DNA from: Coniocarpon cinnabarinum
Taxonomy: Eukaryota
DNA: 58,213 bases
Direction of reading: 5' to 3'
Assembly: GCA_051942205.1 (NCBI GenBank)
Contig: JAVECO010000059.1
Span: 62,001-120,213, forward strand
Translations under genes and position numbers: made by a program
Part shown: positions 10,657 to 23,695 of the stretch, in pieces
Layout of the letters: each line of letters begins with the position of its first letter
How positions within the stretch are numbered: the stretch's first letter is position 1
Notes under the pieces: generated by a model
Seen by the model: only the letters and a program-made list of their open reading frames with translations
What the model was told of the DNA's origin: nothing
Database searches by the model: none

Positions 10657-12552
10657 ATGCCCGGGGAATCGGTGACTCCCTTGCAGTGTCTTCACGTCCT
10701 GGATCGGACATTCTGTCGACCCGTTCCAGCCATCGGATACGGACACATGCGCAAGCTCACGATTGTTCATTTGCAAGACGGGCGACACAGAGGCAGTGAT
10801 GTGACTCGCCATTATCGCGTTGCCGCTAGAGTATCAGGCTTTCCGGAACGTGATGCAGGGAGTTGTGAAAGTCTAGTCGGGCAACTCGAAACACCAACGA
10901 CCCGGCTGGGCATTATAGTCGAAGTTTTAGCACTACATCCGGATCTGATCAGCGCCGAGCGCGACGTGAGAGCAGTGACGATACAGTCTTATAAACCGGA
11001 GACCAACATCCATTCGTTCGTTGAGGAATATCAAAAGCTACTGGACAAATATGTGGTGTTTTTGCTCGCATCTCAGCACCCCAACGCTGACGAAGCGACT
11101 GCTCAGTCCGCGAAGGCAATGCCGCAGCAGATGTGAAGACAAGGCATCTATGAACCTCTGGAGTACTTACGAGCTCGGGAGGGGACTTACGATTTCATGT
11201 ACATGTTGATATCTTGGGCGTACGGACACATAGTCGTTCTCGTCGAGCAAGCATGTAGGTTCGAGAATACTTGGTGTGAATGTCTTAGTGACCTAGGGAG
11301 CTACAGAATGGCGATAGAACACGACGCCGCAGACCGTCAGGTCTGGTCCGATGTCGCCAGAGACTCGTATACTCGGGCCACTGACAAAAGTCCTAGCAGC
11401 GGAAGGCTTTTGCGTAAGTGTGACTACACCATAATCTACCCGCGGTGAGCATTTTCGAGGGCTAACAGGTGATCCAAATTCTTTGAGTATCCTGGCAAGA
11501 GACGATGTCTTGACCCAGCTATCTTTATATTGCAGATCGTCGACCGCGGAGCAGCCAGCTCTGGCGAGAGACGTCAAAGCGTCCATCCTAATCTTTTTTG
11601 ATCAGACACTGGCAAGACTGCGAGCGACGCAGCACTTGAACGACCATGACCGGTTTGTGATACTTCACGCGTGCTTGTTCCGCGTTCAGGATATCGCCTG
11701 TCTCTTCGAGAGAGCAGAGGCGACCTTCCTGGAAAGCCTTCAGCCGCAGATCGCCGAGGGTGCACATTGCTCTGTTTTGGGCGCTTACATCGCCACATCT
11801 CTAATCACCCGTGTTCTCAAGTGCTCCAAACTCTTACATACGTAGTACCAGCGCCTACGACGGCTTGACAACCTCGTGGCTGAATATTGGTAGACCTTCA
11901 TGATCTATGTGCTCGAGACTTCACTGACTTACCATACGTAGAGTCTGTGGACTATCGCTCTTTCGATCCTGACGGCTTTTCAGCGAGTGAGCCTTCTTGG
12001 TCTGCGGAGTGGCACCTTACCCTGGCATCATTCACCAAGGCAATACAGTCCCCAAGCAATCCTGCCGTGCTACAACAGGTCTACATCTTCCTCGACTTCT
12101 TTTGGTCGATGGCTGCAACACTGCTTGGAGCAGCTTATCTTGACGACCACGTGCCTTGGAATGCTGTTGCGAAATTTGGGGATTCCCTGAGCGCTGAGCT
12201 TGATTGCGACAAGTTCACAAAGTTGCTAGCGTCTGCGACGCTCTCGGATGGTGAATGCCCTCTATCAGAAGACTACATGCTTCAAAGGCAAATCTATTCC
12301 AGGGGTCTGTTCCCACCGGAGTGGTTCGCCAAGACTCTTGTAGGCCTTGATGAGAAAATAACCGAAAACCATGCGTGTACCGACCGACGCAAATACCGTA
12401 TAAAGTGGCTCATTGCACTCCGGGTCAAGCGCACGAGACCCGAAAACATACCTCCCGATCCCGAGGGACCCTCAGTAGATAGCGAGTTCCAGACAACGGC
12501 GAAATGCGGCTGTTCGCTTGTTTATGACACTGGCACTGATTCGTTCTCCTAG
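10657..12552 (+). pseudogene. Est1/Ebs1 (SMG5/6/7-like) DNA/RNA-binding-domain gene, disrupted
   Basis: Motifs FLLASQHP, MPQQM*RQGI (family MPARMWKHGI), FENTWCECLSDLGSYRMAIE, DKSPSSGRL, LSILAR, VPW and PLSEDYMLQRQIYS..LFPPEWF. In-frame TGA at 11134-11136, and no phase-compatible intron found across 11820-11893. Confidence 0.8.
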
Positions 12553-12991
12553 TTCAACTGGTCAGACAGAAAGCCGACGCGGAGGGCAGCTTTTTGTGTC
12601 AGCGTTCAGCGGAGCTAGATGTATCAAGTCACACTCCAGGATGAGAGCCACGAGGCTGGCCATGGAGATAGCAGTCGTTGGGCGGCAAGGTCCATCATTG
12701 TCTTCTCTCGCGAAGGGGTCTCCGTCAGCAATATGCAAGAGTGCAGGAACATGTTGTACACCCATGCAATGTCTTGATCCTTCTTCTACCGGCCTACGTC
12801 GTGGCTGAAACACGTAGTCACGCATTTCCACGTCGCTTGATCGCCGTGAGCTCCATGCTAATCCAGGCTTTGGCCAGGACGTCGCTTCCTAATAGAGTGA
12901 TCTAAATTAAGTGCCGAAGATGGATTTTCATTCTTAGCTGACCCTAAGAAGACCCATGATATGTGCAATATCTTATCCAAGCCTCGAAATC

Positions 12992-13759
12992 ATGATCAAA
13001 TGGTCTGCAGAGTTCTGCGAGACGTTGGAAATGGATTTGACGGGGGTGAATGAACTGTCAGAATACACTAACGAACGTGATAGTGAGGATGAAGAGGTGG
13101 ACGCATCATGGGCAGTGGCCGCGACTTAAGATGATCTGGTCCGCCTCAACACCGAATTCCTGCGAGGAATCACCACAAGTACCCCATATCACGTGGCCCC
13201 GGTGGCTTCAGAGACCATCTCGTTACTCCTGCAGTTACTACGCTTGCACGAGAAGCAAATACTTACCCGCGGCAGCCAGCCTTGTGCACTGTATGTGGAC
13301 ACTGAGATCACACGTTTCAACGGCGGCCCACCCTACGAGGAGATACAGCAGAAGCCTTACGTAACATTGATTCTTCCCACTCGGCCCTCTCGGTGGCCTC
13401 GTGACCGCAGAATAGCCTTTCTTTCAAGACTATGGCACGAACCGGAGCTGGCTGTCGGCATCCATGAGCACTGTTACGAGCACCGTTATATCGAAAACGG
13501 AGGGAACATGGCCACACACAGAACGCGCACGGCGCCTACAGCTGATCAGTTGAATTCCCTGTCCTGGGAGGAGGAACACGGCGGTTCTCGAACCTTACTA
13601 GCTTGGGAAAACATCCTTGGAGACGCTACTAACAAGGACGTCCTTGCTAGGCACTGCGCCGTGGCTCTTGAAGTGGCTGCTACCTATTGGAAGGAAGACG
13701 TTGACGTTACTGAACTGATACTCAGCGCAGCTCGAGCATCGGACCACGTGGAATCTTAG
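12992..13759 (+). pseudogene. DUF6919-like gene with a premature stop
   Basis: In-frame read WAVAAT*DDLVRLNTEFLRGITTSTPYHVAPVASETISLLLQLLRLHEKQILTRGSQP...QKPYV resembles the fungal DUF6919 pattern as I recall it; TAA at 13127-13129. Confidence 0.55.
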
Positions 13760-14764
13760 CTCATCTCCTCGTGCAGTGTCGTAGCCTCATCGCCAGAATG
13801 TGTCTCGCAGTCGGCAAATGGTAGCCGCTTTTTCGACTTGAACCACGTCGTGACGAACAACACCACGGGCGCCACCCAGACGTGCCTCGCACGGCACCAA
13901 GCGCATCAGGCATTGCATATCCCCAAAGCTGTCTACTCTCGGTAAGCGACATGAGTTCCGTATCAAGCCACGCTGACCTCATCATGATCTCGTTACGCCT
14001 GCCATCAGAAGACCGCCGCCGGCCCTAGAGCTGGACTTTCACCCAGCGCTTCGCGATTACGATTACAGGGGGAACTTGCAATCTCCACGCTACCAATTAC
14101 GCCGAACTGAACGAAAATCAGGCAGCGTGCCGTCTCATTGTGCTGATCACGGATCTGCTCCCCCAGCCGTCCCACGACCGTCGCAGGCTTCACAATTCAA
14201 CAGTGACCCAGCGTCTCGTAGTCACGATTCCAGAGAGAAGTTGCAAGACTTGCCGGCTGCGCAATGCGCATCTCGTGCTCTATCAAGGGAGGGGTTCCAC
14301 ATTCGGTCCTTCTGCGATGTCGTTGAGCTTCAAGACCCACGGGCGAATGCTGAGGGTCAGGGCGATGTGCCATTGTCAACCTCGAGGCATTCTTATTTGC
14401 TGCCCTCCTTGCCCGTTCATCCTTCCGTTCTCCTTTTGGGAGGTTTCCACGTTCCACAGGCGGGATGTGTACACCCCAGTGGCGATTCGTTCAGTTCAAT
14501 TTGCCAGGCCACGAAGAACGCAGTGTTTGCATGCCGTGTCTGCGTAGGGCGCGAGAGCTGGCGGGCCCTCTCTGTGCTTGGTTTGCGTCGCTGTTACACC
14601 TCCACAGATGCTAACGCGCGAAGGCTACAAACTATGGTATCTCAAGGGATCAATCATGTCAAGGATGATAACAACGTTCAATTTACGTTGAGCTACATTA
14701 GGAGATAGTCACAATCTTAGTCGACATGTGCGAAAGAGGATTCTCAGACGGCCCGTCGCAGCGG

Positions 14765-14915
14765 CGTTTTATAGTATATAGAAGAGGAATTTTTAATAAA
14801 AGCTCTAGTGTATGAGTACTAGCTCTTGTTAAGCCTCCGGTACCGTTGTAATAGCTTTGATATTAGCTTACTCCCTAATATATACCGTTAACACTTGACT
14901 ACTTAGTAAACCCTC
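14765..14915. repeat. Short AT-rich, TpA-rich patch; probable RIP relic
   Basis: Abrupt AT-rich stretch dense in TA/TAG/CTA within otherwise balanced-GC sequence; no termini recognised. Confidence 0.4.
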
Positions 14916-17900
14916 GCGCGAACTATGCAAACAGATTACCGGGCATATCTGAACGCGTGGTGTGTCTTGTGGATTAAAAATCTGGTTCGCCCTCGCGCAT
15001 TCGCGGTCCTGCGACCACTCCTGCTAGTGACGCACCCTCAGGAAAGCTACGCGGCTCCTCTATGCGGCTGCTGTAGAAGTCTTAACGCCACAATACTTGA
15101 GCAAGAAATTGTGCGCATAACAGAACCAACCTATAACTCTCGCACAACCTGAGTCATCGTACGTCCATTAATCCGGGCGAGAAGGGACTTCCGACCGCGA
15201 CAAGGCTACAAGATTAGAGTTAGAAGTTTTCCACAGCAGATGCAGACACTAGCACGCCGCCGCAAGCTAGAGACCTCGCAACTACCATCTCCGCGCGGAA
15301 CCACATCCAGTGTTAAAGCCTCCATAAAACAGCAACAGGTGCAAGCTCACGAGCAGTACAACCGCCTCATTCAGCTCTCGCGTCTACTGTGCACAAAGGA
15401 AGACCACATGGATAAGTGTTCCTATACGTGCACCGGCAGCGAGCTGCCTGATGTCGCATCAGCGATTCCAACAGAGCTTCGGATGCAACACAGTCCTGGG
15501 GAGACTCCAATGTGTCTCTGTCAGCGCTGGGTGTCTCTGAATCCCTCGGAGGGCCTGGCGTAATTCGATTCCAAGTTGAGCTGTTCGAGTAGAAGAAACC
15601 AATGGTATTCCAAAGAACATTCGAAAAAAAGTTGGAACTGGCCGCATGGCTTCAGCCTTCTTCACTTCCGTCGTCGTTGCCATCGCTGCCATTGTCCTCC
15701 TCCTCGACATCCATAACGTCGCCAACATCAGCCTCCTCTTATAGCGACTTTAGCGCGTCTGCTTGCGGCGGGCGTAGATGTCGAGGTATGGCGAGGACGG
15801 TGGCGAACCCAAAACCACGACGACTGCATGTTCTATGTCGTCTCTGACGACCGAGCAGTCTATCGCTCAGGTATGCATGATGTAGGGCTGTGAGTTCGTG
15901 GACCACATCTCATGGCTGCCATCGCAAGGCGATTCGCATCATTGGCATAGTTTCAGACCACACAGGCGAGTCGATTCTATCGCAGCCTCCGAGCTTCCTC
16001 GATTCGAAAGCCCTTCCAGAGCGCTCGAAGAAGCTGCCGCCTAAAGCGGGCTCTTTTCGGTGGTGTGGAATATGTTGCTCGAGGTATGTAAATTCCCGGC
16101 TTGTCGCATGTCATGGCAACTCTGTACTCATAGCCACAAGACCGCTATCCGTCGCATCTCCTAAAGCTGTTGCCCCATCAAAGCCCACCTCAACCTCCCC
16201 TATCTTGCCCGACTCTTTCCAAAATTTGATACGCAACATTCCTCTTAAATCTCTCCCTATCTCCATCAACACCTCGACCCTGCCCTCCTCCCTTCTCACC
16301 TTTTTTATTCCTTCGTAGTGTGCCGACGCTAAATGCCGACATCCCTGCAACAACGACCGCCGGTAGCACACGACGATTGTGTCCTGGTCGAAGTAGTCGA
16401 GGGCGGCGACGAAGGTGGCGTGGCGCCTGTAGGGAAGGGTAGCGGAGGGGGGGATCATCTCGTGGTAGCCGCCCCAGAGGAGGACGCCAAAGGAAGCAGG
16501 AGGGTGGTCGGCATCATGGACAAGGACAGGTGATGCGATGAGATGCGAGCGGACGGCCGTAGAATCGCGGGATATGGACTGACAAAATGCGGGCGTCTGG
16601 ACGAGGGGATCCGGCCGGGCGAAGGAGAATGCGTGCTTGCGTAGACTCACAGGCGACGGATGAAGCCGCGGTGCTGAATGGAGTGTGGATATGCTGAACC
16701 TAAGGTTGGGTTGTTGAAAGAGAGTTTGGCGAACACTCGCTAGAGTGCTGGGCCGGAGGCCATTTGCTACCTTCGGAAGCGTTGGTCTGCGGAGTCGTGT
16801 GGGGAGTAAACATGGAAATGATAGCATTCTTTATCTGGTCAGAGTGCGTCATGACAGCCGAGCGGTGAACGTACACAAGTCGGAGAGGCCGACTGTCGCT
16901 GTCTTAAACCGCAGTCTCTAACTGTTGGTCAAGTTTAGGAAGTGTAACAGAATACCCGTAAAGTTTGGGGCGACTGAAGAATGCCACGCTAAACCGGTTA
17001 CGGGAAGGTTCATCTTTCACTTCAACATTTGCGAGCCAAATACCACGTGACCAAGACTAGCATATCTACCTATCCTACACCCTTGACACTAAATCAAGAA
17101 GGCAAACGCAAATGGGCGGTGCTAGTTCGCAAAGATCTCCATATCCCGGCGGTGAAGCAGCTCTCTAGGAAGATAAGTTCCATCGCGCATGTGGCTTGGG
17201 TGCCAATCATGCTTGAGGTTCCCCATGCTCGACTGTGTAGCGAAAGGGGATCTAGAAGGAAGCCAACGTAGCAGCCAATCGAGGGTTGTAGCTCAAGGAG
17301 TGATGAGATCAGCGTCTCAAGACTAGTGCAACTCGCACATAACCCTGTGAAGCTCATCTCAGGTACTCGAGCTGTTGTATACCAATCAGCAAGCTGTCCT
17401 CGCGCAAGGCGACGACCGTAACCCTCCGTGGTAGCTATCGGCGTGCAGCGCAGCTGTCTAGAGCTATTGACAATCTAGAAGTCTATGCGGTTCAGCGCAC
17501 CCCTACATGCACACTACCGCACATAAATAGGGACATCCCTACGTGGAACAGCCTTGAATAGCATCGACCAGCCTCCTCCAGCTTCGGCCCTCTATTAAGT
17601 TCCTATTTGATCGAACATGCCATCTAAGTTTAGACCTCTCGACACTGTAGCTACCGTCAATAAAATGCTGGCGCCGGCGACGACGGGTGGCGTGCATACG
17701 CTGCGGTAGGGCTAGTCTCACTGTTAGGTTAATGCGAAAGCTGACACATTGTGAAAGATCGAAACAGACAGCCCAATATTCGCTGGAGAAGGGGTCGTCG
17801 CAGTCTGCGAAGGTGACCGCAGAGTGTCGAAGTGTGTCAGACGTCCATCGCTAATGATACGTAGCCTGCAGGCAACAGCACCGCCGAAAAAGAGAAATGA

Positions 17901-18157
17901 TGTAAGAGTGAAGGCAAGAGGCGGTGCTTCAGAGCTAGCTGCTGAGTCTGGAGCTGTTGGCGATTGATTGCAACGGAGGGCAACTTCAAAAGGGGCACTG
18001 AATGTGGAGAACCGGGCTATGCCGCACCTGAAAAGGGGCGAACGCGAGAAAAGCCCACTAGAATGTAGCCACTGTTCATACAAGGCATCCAAGTACCTGA
18101 TCTCTCGATGCATCTTCATGGGTTGGGTATAGTGTCGTGAAACGCACACGCATTTCT

Positions 18158-19953
18158 TCAATGTGCAGAACCGTTCATGGCTTGCGCAGCGCCCTCTATG
18201 CTTCCTCGAACGCCTGTTTTACCGACTTCTGTTGCACTGATGCTCACTCCAAGATCTGCTGATATCGTGATTTGCGCAGTGACCTTCACTCCTTTGCGCA
18301 CGTCCTTCAACGCAAGCTCCCCAAGCACGGTGCCGACTCTCCACACCTTTTCACGGGTCTCTTCTTCCTCCTCGGAATCATCCTCTTCGTCGTCAGACCC
18401 ATCTTCACCAGCAGCCTTGTCTCCGTCGTTCGCTTTTGACTTGGGCTCAGGCTTAGTCACCTTGATGTCTCGTTCTCCTTCACACAAGCGCAATGAGGCC
18501 CCAGTGGCCGTATCACTGGCATTGATGAATGTCATGGTCCTTCGAACTGGTAGTGGCGTCTCAGCCAGAATGACAGGCTTGAATTCTTCCGCACCCTCTC
18601 CACCTAAGACGACGATGCCAACGGTCTTAGCCAGATGGGGGGTCACTGTTAGTGCGGGATGCGTGCTTTGTTCCACATCTTCGGAGTCGAACCCCTCAAT
18701 AAGCTCTGCTTGCAGTGCTGCGCCCCGAGCTATTAGCTCTGACGGGTTAACCGTCTCTGCTTGAGTACTTGGTGAAACGATCCTGGTCGACTCAGGGAAC
18801 GTGGCTGCGACATTCGACGCTATCCGAGGAGTGTGTGCGCTGCCACCCGCTAATAGCACCTCGTCAACATCAAGAACATCCAAACCAGCCTTCTTGACCA
18901 CATCAAGTATCAGTTGTGTAAATCGCGCGAATACCTTGCCCGAAAGAACATCGTATCGCGTTCGATTCACCGTCGCACTGAAGTCGATACCTTCCAGTAA
19001 GCTCTCAACGTTGAAATTCGCCGTGTTCCCTATGCTCAAGCTCTTCTTCGTTGATTCCGCCTCAAGACGTAGTTTTGCCATCCCGCGTGCGTTCTGTCTT
19101 GGGTCACCAGCATCTTTGTGTTTTTTCATGAATTCTTTGCTGAAAAAGTCAATGAGGACCTCGTCCAGCGTACGGCCCCCCAGACTGTATTCGTGTGAAG
19201 TGGAGAGTACACTGTACATCCCACCTCTAGTGCTGATGACGGCCGCATCTGATCGGATGCCACCTAAGTCTGCAACCACGGTAATCTTATCTGCAGGCCT
19301 GTCCACTGGAGAACTCTTCCTATCAGACGCCAGCAGAGCTACCACAGGCTCCGTTACAATTTGTAACACTTCAAGATCAGCTTCTTTTGCGGAGTGAACG
19401 AGTGCATTCTTTTGTACGTCGGTAAAATCTGTCGGAACAGCAATGACTGCAGATGTGACACTTCGACCAAGATAGTCCGACGCAGACGACTTCAGACGCC
19501 GAAAATGACGTGCGGTAATTTCTGAGATTGTTACTTTGTGCGCTTCTCCGTCTGCACCATCCTGGATCTCAAATATCAGAGTTGAATCCTGTGCAAGTGG
19601 TTTGGCGGAGGCTGCGGAAGGAGTAGGATCTATTGAGTCGAAGCTAGAAGAAATGATCAGCACTCAAAGCGGGTAAGGAAAGGAGAAGCTGCTCGCATGC
19701 CGCACTTTTTGCCCACATAGTCCCTGAAGCCAGCAACAGTGTTTCCAGCGTTCCGTACAAGCTGCGCCTTTGCCTGAGTGCCGTGCAGTTCTTCGCCATC
19801 CACGTAAGAGATCACCGTAGGTATTTGGCGATCGCCTTCTTCGTTGGCTATGACTCTCGCATCTCCACCTTGTGTGCAAGCAATCGAGCTATACGAGTTT
19901 CCAAACGATATCCCAATCGTGAGACGGGCGTTTGGGTCAACAGCCTCGTCCAT
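18158..19953 (-). CDS. SSZ1: Ssz1, atypical Hsp70 of the ribosome-associated complex
   Basis: IGISFGNSYSSIA, IANEEGDRQIPT, VADLGGIRSDAAV, NPSELIARGAALQA and EQSTHP..TVTPHL; short C-terminus; intron 19644-19705. Confidence 0.95.
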
Positions 19954-21062
19954 GACGGAAAACTAGGGAAGAGGCCAAAGCCCGCGGTACTGCAAGACTG
20001 GTGATCTGTGTGAAAATTTGTGGCTCCTTTGTTGTCGTCCTCAATGGTTAATAAATGCAGCACTTCGTTGAACTGGCGGAGGACAGCATTTCTTTTGCTG
20101 GCAAGCTGGTTTACCAAAATTTGGACGCACGGACTTCACGAAAAACGATCCGGAGATTGCGGCTGCAAGATCGCTCTAGGCTAAGCTATGATTTATCGAA
20201 CGTCGAGTTGAAACTCGAATTTATGCCAAAAGCCGTCAAACGATTTTAATTGTTTTTACTCCTTGAGTGGATTATGCAGCGGGGAAATTATGTCTGGTTG
20301 TCGCACATGGAATCCCAATCGCAATTTTGAAGTACTCTAGCTACCTCGATAAGAATGAAAATTGTTTCGCCTGGGCTATACCTTTCAACCGAATTATACC
20401 GGGCAGAACCCCACGACCAGGTCGTCCAACATGTTCGGGAGAATCACGATGCGTATTCCCCGCCGACATCTGGAATAACTCAGTATTAGATGTCTCCAAA
20501 GACCACCATGGAAGCCATGATGTTATCCTATGGGTGAAATGGCATAGTCGAAGAGACGTATCTAAGCTCGTCAATGACGACGATTTTACACGATGAGATA
20601 TGTCAGGTTCATTGAACAATAGCATGTCGGATACGAGCCCTGGTTTTGCGGCTGGATTTTGGTATTCTTTCTTGAGGAGACTACGAGTGGAAAAGAAATT
20701 GAGCACTGCGTTTCATCCGCAAACAGAGCGGCAAACAGAGCGGCAAAACCAGAGTTTGGAGCACTACCTTCGATGTTGATGTTCCTACAACCAGGAAAAT
20801 CGGGACTATACGGAGAACAACACAAGGATGTACAAGTGTACATCTATTCTAACACGTAGCTTTCCTCCTGGGGATAATTTCGAATGTGAAAGGCATTCTC
20901 AAGTCCAAGGTTGCTTTCCTCAAGGCTGCCTTCATACATTGATGTAAGCTACAAGCCGACCATGTCGGCGTTCCGAGACAGAAACGAATATGTTGACGCT
21001 ACCAACACCGTGCTAATAATCATGTAAATAATCCTGAACATGCTTCGACCTCAAACCAACTT

Positions 21063-22128
21063 TCACTCCATGCTTGTAAGATCAACTGTCTCGATTTTGG
21101 CTTTCTTGAGTCGGCGCGATGATGTCACTTCGAGTTCGTCGCCATTGGTCTGTTCCAGCTTCACCTTTCGCTTGGGCTGCTCTTTAGAATTGCGCTCGTC
21201 TGCTTGAGCGGCTCTCAATCGAGCGCGTAGCTCTTGTGGAGTGAGTGTGTCGATCTCGTCGGCCGCATTCGGCGTGACAGGAGTGGGACTCCGAGGCGCA
21301 ATCATCATGGCTTGAAGTGATTCTGATGCGCGTCAGCAGCTGCGGCAAAAAACACCTGCGCAGATCACACTACCTTTGGATAAGTATTTGAACACAAATG
21401 TTGCGTGTGGACGATCATCCAGATAGCTTACAGGCACCTTTTGCTCGGGGCTCGTGGCGACCCTTTCGCCAAGACTAAGTGCAGAGTCAGTATCAAGTCG
21501 CAATCGTCCTACCAATTTAAACGTACTTAACGCGATGCGAGAGAGCTCGACCCTTCAATGCCTTCTCCGGCAAAGGTGATGTCTCCGAGAGCGAGTCGTG
21601 GCTCGTCCATGTTCTATCGGGGTACGACGACCCTTGACGCTGACAGCGCCAGAGTTCTATCTTGATCACGCCAAGCTGAGAAATCTTGGGTAAGAGTTGT
21701 TTGACTTGCGTTGTCAAGGGGCCCTCGGCTTGTCCAAGTCAGAACTGTCATGCAGTAACTCTAAGGACTGTATGCTCACTTGTCTCCAGCTTTCCAAATC
21801 TGAAGAGACGCTTGTAGGAAGCTCCTCCAGCCTTGCAACGCTGCCCGTCGAACACCCATCTGTTTTGTGAACCGGGGCGTGACATATCAACAAATCTTGA
21901 TGCCAAAAGTTCACCATCACTCCAAATCCGCAAATCCACGTGATCTACTCTCCAACCCTTGCGCGAAATGCTCAACTTGACCGCCCAACATGCGTCGGAC
22001 TGTGACTGTATGTACTTGGAGACTGAAGAATGCGAAGTCTCATGGTCTTCGTCATTATATAGTGTAGTTGGCGCGTCATTGATTAGGATGTCCGCTTTGA
22101 CACCCGGCACCGACGTAACTTCAGCCAT
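21063..22128 (-). CDS. DUF7918-like fungal protein, paralog A (4 exons)
   Basis: Spliced pieces PGVKADILIND...LY.DE...SKYIQS, F.FGKLET, LGVIKIELWRC, LPEKALKGRALSH, HATFVFKYLSK, L.AMMIAPRSPTP and a C-terminal ETVDLT. Confidence 0.75.
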
Positions 22129-22515
22129 TGGATTGTTGCACTTTGAGGAATCTAACCGATGGACTCGTTCATGAAGGCCGAAGTGCCGTGCGAGAGCTTC
22201 CTGGGGACATGAAGGACAAGAGGCTGGAGCCGACAGCCTCCTGTGCCACGGGCAGGCAATAATTGGCGAAATTAGCCATGCGTTTGCTTAGGCTTAGTCC
22301 CTGACACGATGCTTGGCGATAACATAGACGCGCCATCACGTGCTCTCCACCCTCTGCTCTGCGTTCAATACAATGACGCTCAGCTACCTACTACAATTCT
22401 AGCAAATCGACTTTCCACACTTATCACACGTCTGTGCCCCTCATCTCATGTCATCATCATCATCATGATAACGCCACAGCTGCCAAAGTGTCTGCGTTGC
22501 CAGCTGCTCGTCGCT

Positions 22516-23695
22516 CTAGTCATCTCTGCTCAGATCTATGATTTCTCCTGCTTCCACATTCACCCGCTTAACAGGGCGCGAGAATGCGAATTGGACGTCA
22601 CTCATCTGACTCAAGTTCGCAGTTGTTTCATCTTCTTGCTTGATCGTTTCATTGCTGAGCTCTCGTTTCTTTGGATTGTGTGATGTTCTCAAACGACGTA
22701 AGCGATTGCGCAGCTGATCCGCAGAAAGCTTGTCGAGGTCTTCATCCTTGACGCCATCTTCTGACTCAGCTTCGTCTTCGCGGAGAATAGGTGAACTCCT
22801 CGGGGTCTCGGGAATGACCATAGGGGCCTCCGGAATGACCATGAGGGCTTTCAGTGAGTCTGTGGTTACCTGTTAGCGTTATATGAAAGCGGAAAACTTG
22901 TCTGACTTGCCTTTCGACGCATATTTAAAACGGAATGTCGCGTATGGGGTTTGGCCAACATATCTGTAATCATGAGTCCTCATGAGCATCCTGCCAGGTT
23001 TGGCATTTTTGAAGCTGTGTGAACTCTTAGAAATCGACTGGCACAGAATACTGAAACGATTTCCTTACTCTAGGCTATGAGAAAGTACCCGTCCCTTCAA
23101 GATCTTCTCGGGGACGTTGTCCGGCAGCAGAGTGGGCTTGGCGTAATAAAGCGGCTGGGGTTGGGCGAGTTTTGTCTCTGTTGATTGATACAGCTGTAGC
23201 TCAATACATCCGGCATTGACGGCTTCTGGCAGAAGAGCTCGGTGTCGAGGCTCAACTCGATCCTCGGCTATCCTTAGTCAGTGTGCACACATCCGTGATT
23301 TGAGCGAGTTGTGTACTTGTTTTCACCCTCTTGAAACTGAAATCACTCCAGAATGTCTTTCCGTCCGCATTGTAGGGGAATCGACTGATGGTGTGGATCG
23401 AAGATGCCATTGGCAAGGTGGACGCAGTCTTAGCTTTGAGCTCTGGTTGGAAAATGCACTCGTGGTAGAGACCTTTGCCATCGACATTGACACTGAGCGA
23501 CAATGTGTATTCAGAGCGCTTGAGTATGGGGCCCAAAGTTGCTCGCACTGCCCAACTGAAACCTTCCCTGACCTCAATGTATCTGGTGATATGCGAGGGA
23601 CTGTCTTCAGCATCTTTATCGTCATATTCTTCACATGGGTCATCATTCACCGTAATTTGCACCTCCAAGTCTGAAGTCGCCACTGCTTTAACCAT
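22516..23695 (-). CDS. DUF7918-like fungal protein, paralog B (4 exons)
   Basis: Same architecture: LEVQITVND.PCEEYDD...TRYIE, GCIELQLY, VPEKILKGRVLSH, PYATFRFKYASK, LKALMVIP and a C-terminal IIDLS. Confidence 0.75.

Noticed and set aside
16111..16827. 238-aa minus-strand ORF
   Set aside because: No recognisable family, and it lies in the decayed region; cannot be supported as a gene.
16923..17730. TGTT...AACA-type words as possible LTR ends in the decayed island
   Set aside because: No matching pair with a TSD could be found.
18177..19397. Long plus-strand ORFs (195 and 198 aa) opposite SSZ1
   Set aside because: Antisense shadows of the Hsp70 coding sequence; no independent motifs.
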